Assembly (NCBI RefSeq): GCF_017068455.1
Contig: NZ_CP070608.1
Coordinates: 1,157,488 to 1,221,487 of the forward strand
Direction of reading: 5' to 3'
Origin: Fulvivirga lutea
GTDB taxonomy: Bacteria; Bacteroidota; Bacteroidia; Cytophagales; Cyclobacteriaceae
DNA: 64,000 nt
The translations under genes and the position numbers were made by a program. The notes below the pieces were generated by a model, which was given only the letters and a program-made list of their open reading frames with translations, made no database searches and was not told where the DNA came from. Below, piece after piece: positions 19,095 to 29,164 of this stretch (position 1 is the first letter of the stretch; every line of letters begins with the position of its first letter).

Positions 19095-20495
19095 TTAAAT
19101 ATGGATTGGTCTATTTTCTGTAGCGGCAAGGCACGCTTCTTTCACAGCTTCCATATAGGTAGGGTGGGCATGCGACATTCTGGAAACATCTTCTGCAGAT
19201 GCTCTATATTCCATAGCCGTTACTCCAGCAGCGATCATATCTGCTGCTCTTGCACCTATAATATGTACACCAAGTATTTCGTCTGTCTTTTTATCTGCTA
19301 ATATTTTAACCACCCCATCAATATCCATACTGGCACGGGCTCTACCTAATGCTTTGAAAGGGAAAGATCCTACTTTATACTCTGAGCCTTTTTCTTTTAA
19401 TTCTTCTTCAGAATAACCTACACTAGCAACTTCCGGCCAAGTATAAACTACGCCAGGAATTAACTTATAATGTATGTGAGGCTTTTGCCCAACGATAGTT
19501 TCTGCAACGAAAGTACCTTCTTCTTCAGCTTTGTGAGCTAACATGGCGCCTCTTACTACATCACCAATTGCATAGATATTATCGACTTTTGTTCTTAAAT
19601 GATCATCCACATCAATTCTTCCACGGTCGTCAGTAGAAAGACCGGCTGCTTCAAGATTTAAACCATCTGTATATGGCCTTCTTCCAATGGCTACTAAACA
19701 ATAGTCTCCTTTGAATTCAACGGTTTCTCCTTTTTTATCTTCTGCCTTTACAATAACCTCTTTTCCCTTATTTTCAATAGAAGTAACCTTATGGCTTACT
19801 TTAATATCAATACCAATTTTCTTAGATGCACGAGTCAATTCTTTACCCATGGTGCTATCCATGGTTGGAATAATTCTGTCCATATACTCTACCACAGTAA
19901 CCTCAGAGCCAATCCTGGCATATACTGAACCTAACTCCATACCAATTACACCACCACCTATAACTATCATGTGCTTTGGTATTTCTGATAATGAAAGAGC
20001 CTCAGTGCTGGTGATAATTCTTTTCTTATCGATTTTAGCAAATGGTAAAGATGAAGGTTTTGAACCTGTCGCAATAATTACCTTATCAGTAGTTATTTCA
20101 GTAGCCTTACCTTTGGCAGGAGTAATCTTGATCGTATTTTTATCAACAAATGATCCCATTCCATGATGAACATCTATTTTGTTTTTGTTCATTAAGAAAT
20201 CGATACCATCGCAAGTTTGTTTTACAACATTCGCCTTGCGATCTATCATTTGTTTGAAATTGACCTTTGGCTTATTGATATCAATACCGTGCTCTTTAAA
20301 GTGATTAACTGCATTGTAATAATGCTCTGAGCTATCTAAAAGAGCTTTTGATGGTATACAACCCACATTAAGACATGTACCTCCCAATGTATCATATTTT
20401 TCAATGATGGCTGTTTTTAAACCTAATTGCGCACATCTTATAGCCGCTACATATCCACCAGGTCCAGATCCTATGACAGTTACATCGTATTGCAT
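19095..20495 (-). CDS. lpdA: dihydrolipoyl dehydrogenase (E3)
   Basis: 466 aa; FAD motif MQYDVTVIGSGPGGYVAA and the redox disulfide GGTCLNVGCIPSK. Confidence 0.92.
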   Translation of the reverse strand: MQYDVTVIGSGPGGYVAAIRCAQLGLKTAIIEKYDTLGGTCLNVGCIPSKALLDSSEHYYNAVNHFKEHGIDINKPKVNFKQMIDRKANVVKQTCDGIDFLMNKNKIDVHHGMGSFVDKNTIKITPAKGKATEITTDKVIIATGSKPSSLPFAKIDKKRIITSTEALSLSEIPKHMIVIGGGVIGMELGSVYARIGSEVTVVEYMDRIIPTMDSTMGKELTRASKKIGIDIKVSHKVTSIENKGKEVIVKAEDKKGETVEFKGDYCLVAIGRRPYTDGLNLEAAGLSTDDRGRIDVDDHLRTKVDNIYAIGDVVRGAMLAHKAEEEGTFVAETIVGQKPHIHYKLIPGVVYTWPEVASVGYSEEELKEKGSEYKVGSFPFKALGRARASMDIDGVVKILADKKTDEILGVHIIGARAADMIAAGVTAMEYRASAEDVSRMSHAHPTYMEAVKEACLAATENRPIHI

Positions 20496-20594
20496 TTTTT
20501 TGGTTGTTAGTAATTAGTAGTCAGTAGTTAGATAATGATTGTATTTAGTAACAAGTCTGACTACAAACTACCAATTACTAAATACTATTAACTA

Positions 20595-22157
20595 TTATAC
20601 GCCAAGCATAAGTCTTGCTGGATCCTCCAACAACTCTTTCACTCTTACAAGGAAGCTCACTGACTCTTTGCCATCAATGATTCTATGATCATAAGATAAA
20701 GCAACATACATTACTGGTCTTATTTCCACTTGTCCATTAATAGCAACCGGTCGTTCCACGATATTATGCATTCCTAAAATTGCTGATTGGGGTGCGTTGA
20801 TTATTGGTGTTGAAAGCATTGAGCCGAAAATACCGCCATTCGTAATCGTAAATGTTCCACCTTGCATTTCTTCAATACTTAATTTACCATCGCGTGCTTT
20901 TTTAGCTAGCCTTACAACTTCGCTTTCTATGCCTTTGAAATCTAGGTTTTCTGCATTTCTAATTACAGGTACAACCAGGCCTTTTGGAGAACTTACCGCA
21001 ATAGAGATGTCGCAATAATCATTGTAAACCATTTCATTACCATCGATAGCAGCGTTAACTGCAGGCCATTCTAATAGTGCTTGGCAACAAGCTTTAGTAA
21101 AGAATGACATAAAGCCAAGACCAACACCATGCTTTTCTTTAAACTGCTCTTTGTATTTAGACCTTAAGTCCATAATTGGCTTCATGTCTACCTCATTAAA
21201 TGTGGTAAGCATGGCCGTTTCATTCTTCACAGAAACCAAACGCTTAGAAATGGTCTTTCTTAACGAAGACATTTTCTCTCTACGCTGATTTCTTGATCCT
21301 GCTACTGGTGCTGATCCTTGCTCCTCTTTTTCTTCCGATTTAGATTCAGTTTTAGATGCTGATTTTTGAGCATTTTCGGCATCCTCTTTTGTGATACGCC
21401 CATCAACTCCGGTACCTTTTACTGTACCAGGATCTATACCCTTTTCTTTTAATATTTTGGCCGCGGCAGGCGATGCATGTCCCGCTGCATAAGAATCTGA
21501 GCTAGAAGAATCTCCACCGGCACTTGCTGATTCTGATTTAGTCTCCTTTTTGGCATCTCCGCCTGAAGAAGAGGGTGCCCCACTCATTACTTCTATTTTA
21601 CATATAGTAGCACCAATCTCTAAGGTATCACCTTCCTGAGCTACAATTTTTAATATTCCATTGGCTTCTGCTGGCAACTCAAAAGTAGCCTTGTCAGATT
21701 CCACTTCCGCAATAATTTCATCCAGCTCAACGAAATCACCTTCCTCTTTTAACCAAGATGAAATAGTAACCTCGGTAATCGATTCACCTACTGCTGGAAC
21801 AATCATTTCTTTAACTTCACCTGTTTTTTCAGGTTCTGAACTTTCGGATGATTTGCTCTCATCAGAAGATTTTGACTCTTTCTTTTCTTCCTTTTTCTCC
21901 GACTTATCAGAACTACCACTGGCAGAGGTGTCTATTTCGCAGATAACAGTACCAACATCTACAGTTTCTCCATCCTGAACTTTAATTTTTAGAACACCGG
22001 CTTTTTCTGCAGGTAATTCAAATGTTGCTTTGTCAGACTCTAACTCTGCAATAATTTCGTCTTGCTCCACATAATCACCATCAGACTTCAGCCAACTTGC
22101 AATGGTTACTTCGGTGATTGATTCACCAACTTCTGGAACTTTTATTTCTAAACTCAT
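20595..22157 (-). CDS. sucB: 2-oxoglutarate dehydrogenase E2 (dihydrolipoamide succinyltransferase) with two tandem lipoyl domains
   Basis: 520 aa; two lipoyl domains each carrying [12 protein letters not shown], Ser/Glu/Lys-rich linkers, and a C-terminal catalytic domain (SYDHRIIDG). It lies downstream of sucA. Confidence 0.88.
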   Translation of the reverse strand: MSLEIKVPEVGESITEVTIASWLKSDGDYVEQDEIIAELESDKATFELPAEKAGVLKIKVQDGETVDVGTVICEIDTSASGSSDKSEKKEEKKESKSSDESKSSESSEPEKTGEVKEMIVPAVGESITEVTISSWLKEEGDFVELDEIIAEVESDKATFELPAEANGILKIVAQEGDTLEIGATICKIEVMSGAPSSSGGDAKKETKSESASAGGDSSSSDSYAAGHASPAAAKILKEKGIDPGTVKGTGVDGRITKEDAENAQKSASKTESKSEEKEEQGSAPVAGSRNQRREKMSSLRKTISKRLVSVKNETAMLTTFNEVDMKPIMDLRSKYKEQFKEKHGVGLGFMSFFTKACCQALLEWPAVNAAIDGNEMVYNDYCDISIAVSSPKGLVVPVIRNAENLDFKGIESEVVRLAKKARDGKLSIEEMQGGTFTITNGGIFGSMLSTPIINAPQSAILGMHNIVERPVAINGQVEIRPVMYVALSYDHRIIDGKESVSFLVRVKELLEDPARLMLGV

Positions 22158-22184
22158 CTATTTGTAGTTTTAATAATGTCAATC

Positions 22185-24905
22185 TTATTTTTCAAATGCT
22201 TTTGCTACTATATCAGCCTGTTCTTTTTTATGAACTTTTGCATAACCGGTAGCAGGCGATGCACTTGCTTTACGAGTAATTACCTTCATTTTAGGGTCTC
22301 TTAATACTCTAAGAATATAAGTCCAATAGCCCATATTCTCTGGTTCTTCCTGCACCCAAACTAATTCCGCATCTTTGTACTTTTTAACTAAAGCATCATA
22401 CTGCTTTTGCGGGAACGGGTGAAGTTGCTCGAGCCTAACAATAGCCACATCTTTTCTCTTTGAATTTTGCTGCTCTTCAAGCAAATCAAAATATACCTTG
22501 CCACTACATAATAATACCCGCTTAACAGATTTTGTAGTTGCGTAACTATCATCTATAATTTCTTTAAATGACCCTTTGGTGAAATCATCGAGAGATGAAA
22601 CTACCAGCGGATGTCTTAAAAGAGATTTTGGGGCAAAATTCACCAAAGGTTTTCTGAAATTCCATGTTAACTGTCTTCTTAACATATGGAAGAAGTTAGC
22701 CGGAGTGGTTATGTTAGTTACTACTAAATTTTCTTCGGCAGCTAATTGCAAGAATCTTTCCGGTCTGGCATTAGAATGCTCTGGTCCTTGACCTTCATAC
22801 CCATGAGGAAGAAGAATTACCAATCCATTCATTCGTTGCCATTTAGATTCAGCACTTGTTATGAACTGATCTATCATCACCTGGGCTCCATTGGCGAAGT
22901 CTCCAAATTGAGCCTCCCAAATAACCAACGCATTCGGAGTGGCCATCGCATAACCATATTCAAAACCTAAAACTCCAAATTCTGAAAGTAGTGAGTTGTA
23001 AATTCTAAATGGCTGCTGACCTTCTTCAATATGATCTAAGTTGCAATAGGCTTCATTAGAATTGGCATCCATCACCACTGCATGTCGGTGAGAGAAGGTT
23101 CCTCTTTTAACATCTTGCCCTGACATTCTCACAAATTTGCCATCTATAAGTAACGAGCCATAAGCCAATAGTTCAGCGTCTGCCCAGTTAATTTCTTTCT
23201 TTTCAATGAAGTTGGCTTTTCTATCTTTTATGAGCTTATCAATTTGTTTAATTGGCTTAAACCCTTTAGGAAGTGTAGTTAAAGCCTTGGCCACTTTATC
23301 AATTGTTTTTTGATCAATTGATGTGTCTGGCGAAGCGTCAAAATCTTTACTTGTTGCACGTTTCAACTGCTCCCATTCTTCCTCAACTTTTTGTGGTTTG
23401 TAAGGTAAAGGCTTTTGTTTTACCTCATTGAGTCTATCTTGAAGTAGGGCTCTGAATTCTTTGTCTATTTTCTTTACTTCATCTTCGTTGGCATCGCCCC
23501 TTTCAGTTAACGTTTTAACATAAATTTCTCTTGGGTTAGGATGCTTTGCAATAGTGTTATACAGCTTAGGCTGAGTGAATTTAGGCTCGTCACTTTCGTT
23601 ATGGCCGTGTCTTCTATAGCATAGTAAGTCGATGAAAATATCCTTGCCAAATTTTTGGTTGTATTCAACCGCTAAATTAGAGGCAAATACAACGGCTTCA
23701 GGATCATCACCATTTACATGGAGCACAGGAGCATCAATAATTTTGGCGATATCGGTACAGTAAATGCTTGATCTAGCATCGTCATAATCTGTTGTAAAGC
23801 CAACCTGATTGTTAATTACAAAGTGTATTGTACCACCAGTTCTGTAGCCCGGTAGTTGAGACATCTGAACAATTTCATAAACTATTCCCTGACCTGCTAC
23901 TGCCGCATCGCCATGAATCAATATAGACATGGCTTTCTTAAGATCACCATTGTACTCATCATCAATCTGCCCACGAACATATCCTAACACTAACGGGTCA
24001 ACTGCCTCCAGGTGAGATGGGTTTGGTGTTAGTTTAACATAAACGTCTTTTCCATTGGCGGCCTTAATTCTACTCGAATATCCCAAATGATACTTAACAT
24101 CACCATCACCCATGGTTAAGTCAGGGTCTGTTGTTCCTTCAAATTCACTGAATATTTCTTCATAGGTTTTGCCCATAATGTTGGCAAGAACGTTTAGTCG
24201 TCCTCTATGTGCCATGCCTATTACCACTTCCTTCACATCAAATTCAGCTGCTTTATTTATGATGCTGTCTAAGGCAGGTATCGTATTTTCACCTCCTTCT
24301 AAAGAAAAGCGCTTTTGGCCTAAAAACTTTGTATGAAGAAAGTTCTCAAACGTTACAGCCTCATTTAATTTTTGGAGTATTCGCTTTTTAACAGGAGTCT
24401 CAGGTTTGTAATCCAACCCATCCTTCTCACATTTAGCTTTAAACCAATCTAAAATTTCAGAATCTCGGATATGCATGTATTCATACCCGATATGATTCAA
24501 ATATATTTTATCTAATGTCTCTACAATTTTTTTAAGAGACGCTTTGCCAACTCCAATGCCAGCTCCAACATCAAACTCTGTATCTAAATCTTTTTCAGAT
24601 AGACCAAAATCTTCAATTTTCAGCTTAACATTATGATCACGCCTTTGCCTAACAGGGTTTGTGTCAGATTTTAAATGACCACGTGATCTGTAAGCATGTA
24701 TAAGGTTTCGTACTTGAATGTCCTTCGAAGAAACACCTTCTGCAGGTTCCGGCCCTTCTTCACCATATTTCTGCTGAGAAAATTCGAAACCTTCGAAAAA
24801 CTTTTGCCAGGTGATATCTACTGATGAAGGATCTTCTTGATATGATTTGTATAGCTCATCGATGTAATTTCCATGAGCATTTGCGATGTAGGAATATTTA
24901 TCCAT
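22185..24905 (-). CDS. sucA: 2-oxoglutarate dehydrogenase E1 component
   Basis: 906 aa; the N-terminus and thiamine-diphosphate region (HGDAAVAGQG...) are typical of SucA. Confidence 0.9.
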   Translation of the reverse strand: MDKYSYIANAHGNYIDELYKSYQEDPSSVDITWQKFFEGFEFSQQKYGEEGPEPAEGVSSKDIQVRNLIHAYRSRGHLKSDTNPVRQRRDHNVKLKIEDFGLSEKDLDTEFDVGAGIGVGKASLKKIVETLDKIYLNHIGYEYMHIRDSEILDWFKAKCEKDGLDYKPETPVKKRILQKLNEAVTFENFLHTKFLGQKRFSLEGGENTIPALDSIINKAAEFDVKEVVIGMAHRGRLNVLANIMGKTYEEIFSEFEGTTDPDLTMGDGDVKYHLGYSSRIKAANGKDVYVKLTPNPSHLEAVDPLVLGYVRGQIDDEYNGDLKKAMSILIHGDAAVAGQGIVYEIVQMSQLPGYRTGGTIHFVINNQVGFTTDYDDARSSIYCTDIAKIIDAPVLHVNGDDPEAVVFASNLAVEYNQKFGKDIFIDLLCYRRHGHNESDEPKFTQPKLYNTIAKHPNPREIYVKTLTERGDANEDEVKKIDKEFRALLQDRLNEVKQKPLPYKPQKVEEEWEQLKRATSKDFDASPDTSIDQKTIDKVAKALTTLPKGFKPIKQIDKLIKDRKANFIEKKEINWADAELLAYGSLLIDGKFVRMSGQDVKRGTFSHRHAVVMDANSNEAYCNLDHIEEGQQPFRIYNSLLSEFGVLGFEYGYAMATPNALVIWEAQFGDFANGAQVMIDQFITSAESKWQRMNGLVILLPHGYEGQGPEHSNARPERFLQLAAEENLVVTNITTPANFFHMLRRQLTWNFRKPLVNFAPKSLLRHPLVVSSLDDFTKGSFKEIIDDSYATTKSVKRVLLCSGKVYFDLLEEQQNSKRKDVAIVRLEQLHPFPQKQYDALVKKYKDAELVWVQEEPENMGYWTYILRVLRDPKMKVITRKASASPATGYAKVHKKEQADIVAKAFEK

Positions 24906-25104
24906 TAGTTTTGGTTGTCCAATTTCAAATCAAAGGTAAATAAGTAATATTCAATAAAAAAACTGTATAATCGGTTATACAAATATAACTGATAATCAAT
25001 GAGTTAATTGAATTCTTATTCTGTAGGTTGGATTTAACGGATTTATACCATGTAATTAAGGCATATATAGTTATGTCGATGTGTTGATATTATTAAAAAA
25101 GTAT

Positions 25105-25112
25105 TACCTTTG
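25105..25112 (+). promoter_or_regulatory. candidate -7 promoter element TACCTTTG (TAnnTTTG) for rpsP
   Basis: The motif lies 55 bp upstream of the rpsP ATG; the leader contains a small hairpin CGGACGTGATCCG. Confidence 0.35.
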
Positions 25113-25166
25113 CACCTCAATTTTAAAATCGGACGTGATCCGACTATTTAAAACTTTAAAAACAAA

Positions 25167-25805
25167 ATGGCAGTTAAAATCAGATTGGCCAGAAGAGGCC
25201 GAAAAAAACAGGCAATGTACGATGTAGTCGTAGCGGATGCCCGATCACCACGAGATGGTAAATTTATTGAGAAAATTGGACGTTACAATCCAAACACGGA
25301 TCCAGCATTCATAGAATTGGATGAGGAGAAAGCATTTGACTGGGTAATGAAAGGAGCGCAACCTACTGATACAGTAAGAGCGATGCTTTCTTACAGAGGA
25401 TTAATGTTAAAGAAACACTTACAAATTGGTGTTAATAAAGGAGCAATCACTCAGGAAGAAGCAGATAAGAAATTTGATGCTTGGTTAGCAGAGAAAGATT
25501 CTAAGATCCAGGCTAAGAGAGAGAAGATTGCAAAAGATACTGATAGCAAAGCGAAAGCTAGGTTAGAAGCTGAAGCTAAAGTGAAAGAAGCGAGAGCGGA
25601 AGCATTGAAGAAGAAAGCAGAAGACGCTGTTGCTGCTGAAGCACCTGCTGCCGAAGCTGAAGGGGAAGAAGCTGTAGCAGAAGCTACTGAAGAAACTCCG
25701 GCTGCTGCCGCAACTGAAGCTCCAAAAGCTGAAGCTACTGAAGCGCCAGCTGAAGAAGCTAAAAAAGAAGAATCAGCTTCTGAAGAAGAGAAAAAAGAGG
25801 ATTAA
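25167..25805 (+). CDS. rpsP: 30S ribosomal protein S16 with a long Ala/Glu/Lys-rich C-terminal extension
   Basis: 212 aa; [42 protein letters not shown] is canonical S16. The low-complexity tail ([34 protein letters not shown]...) is of a kind seen in Bacteroidetes. Confidence 0.9.
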   Translation: MAVKIRLARRGRKKQAMYDVVVADARSPRDGKFIEKIGRYNPNTDPAFIELDEEKAFDWVMKGAQPTDTVRAMLSYRGLMLKKHLQIGVNKGAITQEEADKKFDAWLAEKDSKIQAKREKIAKDTDSKAKARLEAEAKVKEARAEALKKKAEDAVAAEAPAAEAEGEEAVAEATEETPAAAATEAPKAEATEAPAEEAKKEESASEEEKKED

Positions 25806-25811
25806 TATACC

Positions 25812-26336
25812 ATGAATATTGATGCGTGCTACCAATTAGGTTACGTGATCAAGAAACATGGGACTCACGGGGAACTTAGCGTATTTATTGACGCAGATTT
25901 TCCTGAAGAATACTCAGAATTGGAATCAGTTTTTGTTGAGATCAACAATAAACTGGTTCCTTTTTTTATTGAGTACATTCAAATAAGAGGCAATAAAGCC
26001 GTTATAAAGTTTGAAGATGTTGATGATCAAGAATCGGCATCTGATTTGAAATCTTGTGCGATTTACCTACCCTTATCTACATTACCTAAACTTGATGATA
26101 ATCAATTCTATTATCACGAGATAAAAGGGTATACCATAGAAGACACTCATCATGGTCAACTCGGGCCAATAGTGGATGTAGTTACTACCACAAAACAAGA
26201 CTTAATTGTTGTCGATTATCAAGGTAAAGAAGTATTGGTACCTGTTAATGACGAAATCATTGGTTCTGTGGATCATGAAAATAAACTCTTGAAGGTTACT
26301 TTACCTGATGGTTTACTAGATGTATATTTAGATTAA
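25812..26336 (+). CDS. rimM: 16S rRNA processing protein RimM
   Basis: 174 aa; a PRC-barrel RimM pattern in the conserved rpsP-rimM-trmD order. Confidence 0.8.
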   Translation: MNIDACYQLGYVIKKHGTHGELSVFIDADFPEEYSELESVFVEINNKLVPFFIEYIQIRGNKAVIKFEDVDDQESASDLKSCAIYLPLSTLPKLDDNQFYYHEIKGYTIEDTHHGQLGPIVDVVTTTKQDLIVVDYQGKEVLVPVNDEIIGSVDHENKLLKVTLPDGLLDVYLD

Positions 26337-27010
26337 TGCGAATAGACATAATTACCTGCTTACCAAAGCTTCTCGAAAGCCCATTCAATGACTCTATTTT
26401 AAAAAGAGCTCAAAATAAGGGTTTGGTAGAAGTGGTTGTGCATGACTTAAGGGATTATTCTGAAGACAAACACAAAAAAGTAGATGACTATGCTTTTGGC
26501 GGTGGAGCAGGAATGGTTTTAATGATTGAACCTATAGCCAAATGTATTCGTGAGTTGAAGGATCAGCGAGTTTATGATGAAATAATTTACATGAGTCCTG
26601 ATGGAGAGAACTTTTCCCAGGGTATTGCGAATGAATTATCTCTGAAAAAAAATATACTCATTCTTTGTGGCCATTATAAGGGTGTGGATGAACGCGTTCG
26701 TGAAAATTTTATAACCCGAGAAATTAGTATTGGAGATTATGTACTTTCTGGCGGTGAGCTGGCTGCGGCAGTTGTTTCTGATGCTATCATTAGATTGTTA
26801 CCAGGCGTTTTGGGAGATGAAACGTCAGCATTATCAGATTCATTTCAGGATGGTTTAGTGGCACCACCAGTATATACCCGGCCAGCAGAATTTGAAGGAT
26901 TAAAAGTGCCGGATGTGCTACTTTCGGGCCATCAGAAGAAGATAGAAGATTGGCGATTTGAACAATCTGTGAAACGCACCCAATTACGAAGACCAACCGA
27001 CTCAAAATAA
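26336..27010 (+). CDS. trmD: tRNA (guanine37-N1)-methyltransferase
   Basis: 224 aa; [13 protein letters not shown]..., SPDGE and the [15 protein letters not shown] knot motifs. Confidence 0.9.
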   Translation: MRIDIITCLPKLLESPFNDSILKRAQNKGLVEVVVHDLRDYSEDKHKKVDDYAFGGGAGMVLMIEPIAKCIRELKDQRVYDEIIYMSPDGENFSQGIANELSLKKNILILCGHYKGVDERVRENFITREISIGDYVLSGGELAAAVVSDAIIRLLPGVLGDETSALSDSFQDGLVAPPVYTRPAEFEGLKVPDVLLSGHQKKIEDWRFEQSVKRTQLRRPTDSK

Positions 27011-27050
27011 TAATAATTAGAACATTAGGCCATTTGCATGTTAGTAGGGT

Positions 27051-27878
27051 ATGCAAAGAAAGTCGTATAAAACAGAGCTATCTGAAAGAGAGAAAGAGCT
27101 CGAAGATAGAAACGAAGAGTTAGAGGCACAGCATGAGGAATTAACTGCTGCTGTGGAGGCGATGATCAATAAAAATGATCGCTTGGAAAAAGCACTTGAG
27201 GAGCTGAATATACGAAACAAGGAAATCGACCAGATTGTCTACAGAAGCTACCATGATTTAAAAACACCCATTACTGCCTTAGAAGGCCTTCTTTCACTCA
27301 TTGAAGTTGATACGGAAGGAAGAGATGAGTATTTAGCTAAATCTAAAGCCTCAATTGTTGAAATGAAGCATCTATTAAGAATGCTTGCCAGATACAGCAG
27401 TAATCTCGTTGAAGTGGTAAAGTATTCGAGATTAAATTTTAAAGAAATTTGGGAGGAAGTTTTAGATGACCTTGAACGCTCTGTAGGGTATAATGTAGTA
27501 AAAATTACCTTTAACCAACCTAATGAAGAGATCATTAGCGATGTAGATAGGATAAAGCTGCTCTTATATAATGTAGTTAAGAATGCAATTGATTTCAGGT
27601 CGGAGAGAGGCAGGGTAGATGTTACTATTAGTGTAAAGCATACTATGCTTAAAATACAGGTTGCCGATAATGGAATTGGAATACCAGCTGAAGTTCAGCC
27701 CAATGTGTTTGATATGTTTTATCGGGGAAGCTCTAAGTCTAAAGGATCTGGGTTAGGCTTGTATTTATGCAAAAGAACTGTAGAGATTTTAGGCGGGAAG
27801 ATTAGTTTATTCAGTTCCGTAAATGTAGGTACAACTGTCACAATGGAATTGCCATTAAAAAAGGTTGAAGAAAATTAA
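27051..27878 (+). CDS. soluble (no TM, no sensor domain) histidine kinase: coiled-coil N-terminus + HisKA + HATPase_c
   Basis: 275 aa; H-box YRSYHDLKTPITAL, N-box LLYNVVKNAIDF, and G-boxes DNGIGIP and GSGLGLYLCK. It is inserted between trmD and rplS with no adjacent response regulator. Confidence 0.8.
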   Translation: MQRKSYKTELSEREKELEDRNEELEAQHEELTAAVEAMINKNDRLEKALEELNIRNKEIDQIVYRSYHDLKTPITALEGLLSLIEVDTEGRDEYLAKSKASIVEMKHLLRMLARYSSNLVEVVKYSRLNFKEIWEEVLDDLERSVGYNVVKITFNQPNEEIISDVDRIKLLLYNVVKNAIDFRSERGRVDVTISVKHTMLKIQVADNGIGIPAEVQPNVFDMFYRGSSKSKGSGLGLYLCKRTVEILGGKISLFSSVNVGTTVTMELPLKKVEEN

Positions 27879-27896
27879 TTCTTCAACCTTTTATTG
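27863..27896 (+). terminator. bidirectional rho-independent terminator (perfect 10-bp stem GGTTGAAGAA/TTCTTCAACC; AAAAAA upstream, TTTTATT downstream)
   Basis: Seen directly; it overlaps the kinase stop codon and lies between the convergent genes. Confidence 0.75.
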
Positions 27897-27904
27897 TAAT
27901 TATT

Positions 27905-28108
27905 CTACCTATTTACAGTGCTGCCATTTTCTATTTTCCGAATATATTCTACTGAATCCTTCAGCATATTTTTCTGAGAAGACACCATTTCTTCCAGAAA
28001 ATCTATACGTTCTTTTAATTCAGTAAGCTGGTGACTGTAAGATTCATCCAGGGCATTTAATTTATTAATGGCATCAACTAGGAGTTTTTCAATTTCCTGT
28101 TTCGACAT
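27905..28108 (-). CDS. small predicted coiled-coil protein (67 aa), unknown function
   Basis: The ORF has heptad-like composition (EIEKLLVDAINKLNALDESYSHQLTELKERIDFLEEM). It lies 5 bp downstream of the next ORF on the same strand. Confidence 0.4.
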   Translation of the reverse strand: MSKQEIEKLLVDAINKLNALDESYSHQLTELKERIDFLEEMVSSQKNMLKDSVEYIRKIENGSTVNR

Positions 28109-28113
28109 TTTTA

Positions 28114-28593
28114 TTATTTTTCGATTGCGTCATCCAAATTTTCAAAATATTGGATGTCCATTTCATTAAATTTCCCATTTGGGTATTTTTCAGCAATTTG
28201 TTGCCTTCCAATTTTTACGCTTTGTCTAAACACCTGATCTTCCGGAAGAATTTTTCTGTGTGTTTTTAACCCTAAATCAAACATTTTTTCTTTCCACTCA
28301 ACGAAATACCATTCCATAGATGGCTGATGAAAGACATTTAGCTTTCTTTTATCGAAAACAAGTTTGGTTATTTTGTGGGACTTTACCAGTTCACCGATAT
28401 AGTTGAAAATCGATTTAAATTCATCAATAGTAATGTATGTACCTGTAGCAGCCACAACTAATGTATGTGTATTTTCCACGTGAGATACAGTAGCATTTTT
28501 AAATGCTTTCTTTTCTTTTAATTGATTTTCTATTTTTGATTCCATTATGATGATAAGTTTAAATTCTTTGTTTGATAGTATAACATGCTCCAT
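28114..28593 (-). CDS. hypothetical cytoplasmic protein (159 aa; alternative start at MESKIEN, codon 17)
   Basis: ORF with no recognised family; it is co-directional and nearly contiguous with the 67-aa ORF and convergent with the orphan kinase. Confidence 0.45.
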   Translation of the reverse strand: MEHVILSNKEFKLIIIMESKIENQLKEKKAFKNATVSHVENTHTLVVAATGTYITIDEFKSIFNYIGELVKSHKITKLVFDKRKLNVFHQPSMEWYFVEWKEKMFDLGLKTHRKILPEDQVFRQSVKIGRQQIAEKYPNGKFNEMDIQYFENLDDAIEK

Positions 28594-28598
28594 TCAAT

Positions 28599-28612
28599 AA
28601 TGTTTAAACATT
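28599..28612. promoter_or_regulatory. perfect 14-bp palindrome AATGTTTAAACATT in the divergent promoter region
   Basis: Seen directly; it lies 6 bp upstream of the 28114..28593 ORF start and about 130 bp upstream of rplS. Confidence 0.3.
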
Positions 28613-28690
28613 AATCTAAATTATTAAACAAAATGTTATTGATAGATAATTATTTTCTATTCGCTGTTGTCTATTAAATCAATTAATTAC

Positions 28691-28698
28691 TATATTTG
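28691..28698 (+). promoter_or_regulatory. candidate -7 promoter element TATATTTG (TAnnTTTG) for rplS
   Basis: The motif lies 43 bp upstream of the rplS ATG. Confidence 0.4.
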
Positions 28699-28740
28699 CA
28701 CTCCAATTTTCGGAAAAGAGACTTTTAGATATATAATATC

Positions 28741-29094
28741 ATGAACGAGATCATAAAAGCAGTTGAAGCTGAATTAAACAAAGAAGCAAAATCTCACCCT
28801 GATTTTAAGGCTGGTGATACTGTTAACGTACACGTTAAAATTAAGGAAGGTAACAAAGAGAGAATTCAGCAATTCCAAGGAACTGTAATTCAAAGAAGAC
28901 ACCCAAATACAGCAGGTGAGACATTTACAGTAAGAAAAGTGTCTAACGGTATTGGTATAGAAAGAATATTCCCAATTTTATCTCCTAGCATCGAGAAAAT
29001 CGAGATTGTTAGAAAAGGTAAAGTTAGAAGAGCGAGATTGTACTACTTAAAAGGTAGACAAGGTAAAGCTGCTCGTATCAAAGAAAAGCTGTAA
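28741..29094 (+). CDS. rplS: 50S ribosomal protein L19
   Basis: 117 aa; the ...[29 protein letters not shown]... core is canonical L19. Confidence 0.93.
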   Translation: MNEIIKAVEAELNKEAKSHPDFKAGDTVNVHVKIKEGNKERIQQFQGTVIQRRHPNTAGETFTVRKVSNGIGIERIFPILSPSIEKIEIVRKGKVRRARLYYLKGRQGKAARIKEKL

Positions 29095-29113
29095 TTTAAA
29101 TTACATCGGATAT

Positions 29114-29150
29114 AAAAAAAGGGTTGATCATTTGATCAACCCTTTTTTGC
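29114..29150 (+). terminator. bidirectional rho-independent terminator (AAAAAAA-GGGTTGATCA-TT-TGATCAACCC-TTTTTT)
   Basis: Seen directly; it lies 20 bp after the rplS stop, and the convergent fbaA ends at 29165. A second hairpin TTAACACCTTA/TAAGGTGTTAA (29152-29178) overlaps the fbaA stop. Confidence 0.8.
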
Positions 29151-29164
29151 TTTAACACCTTAAT

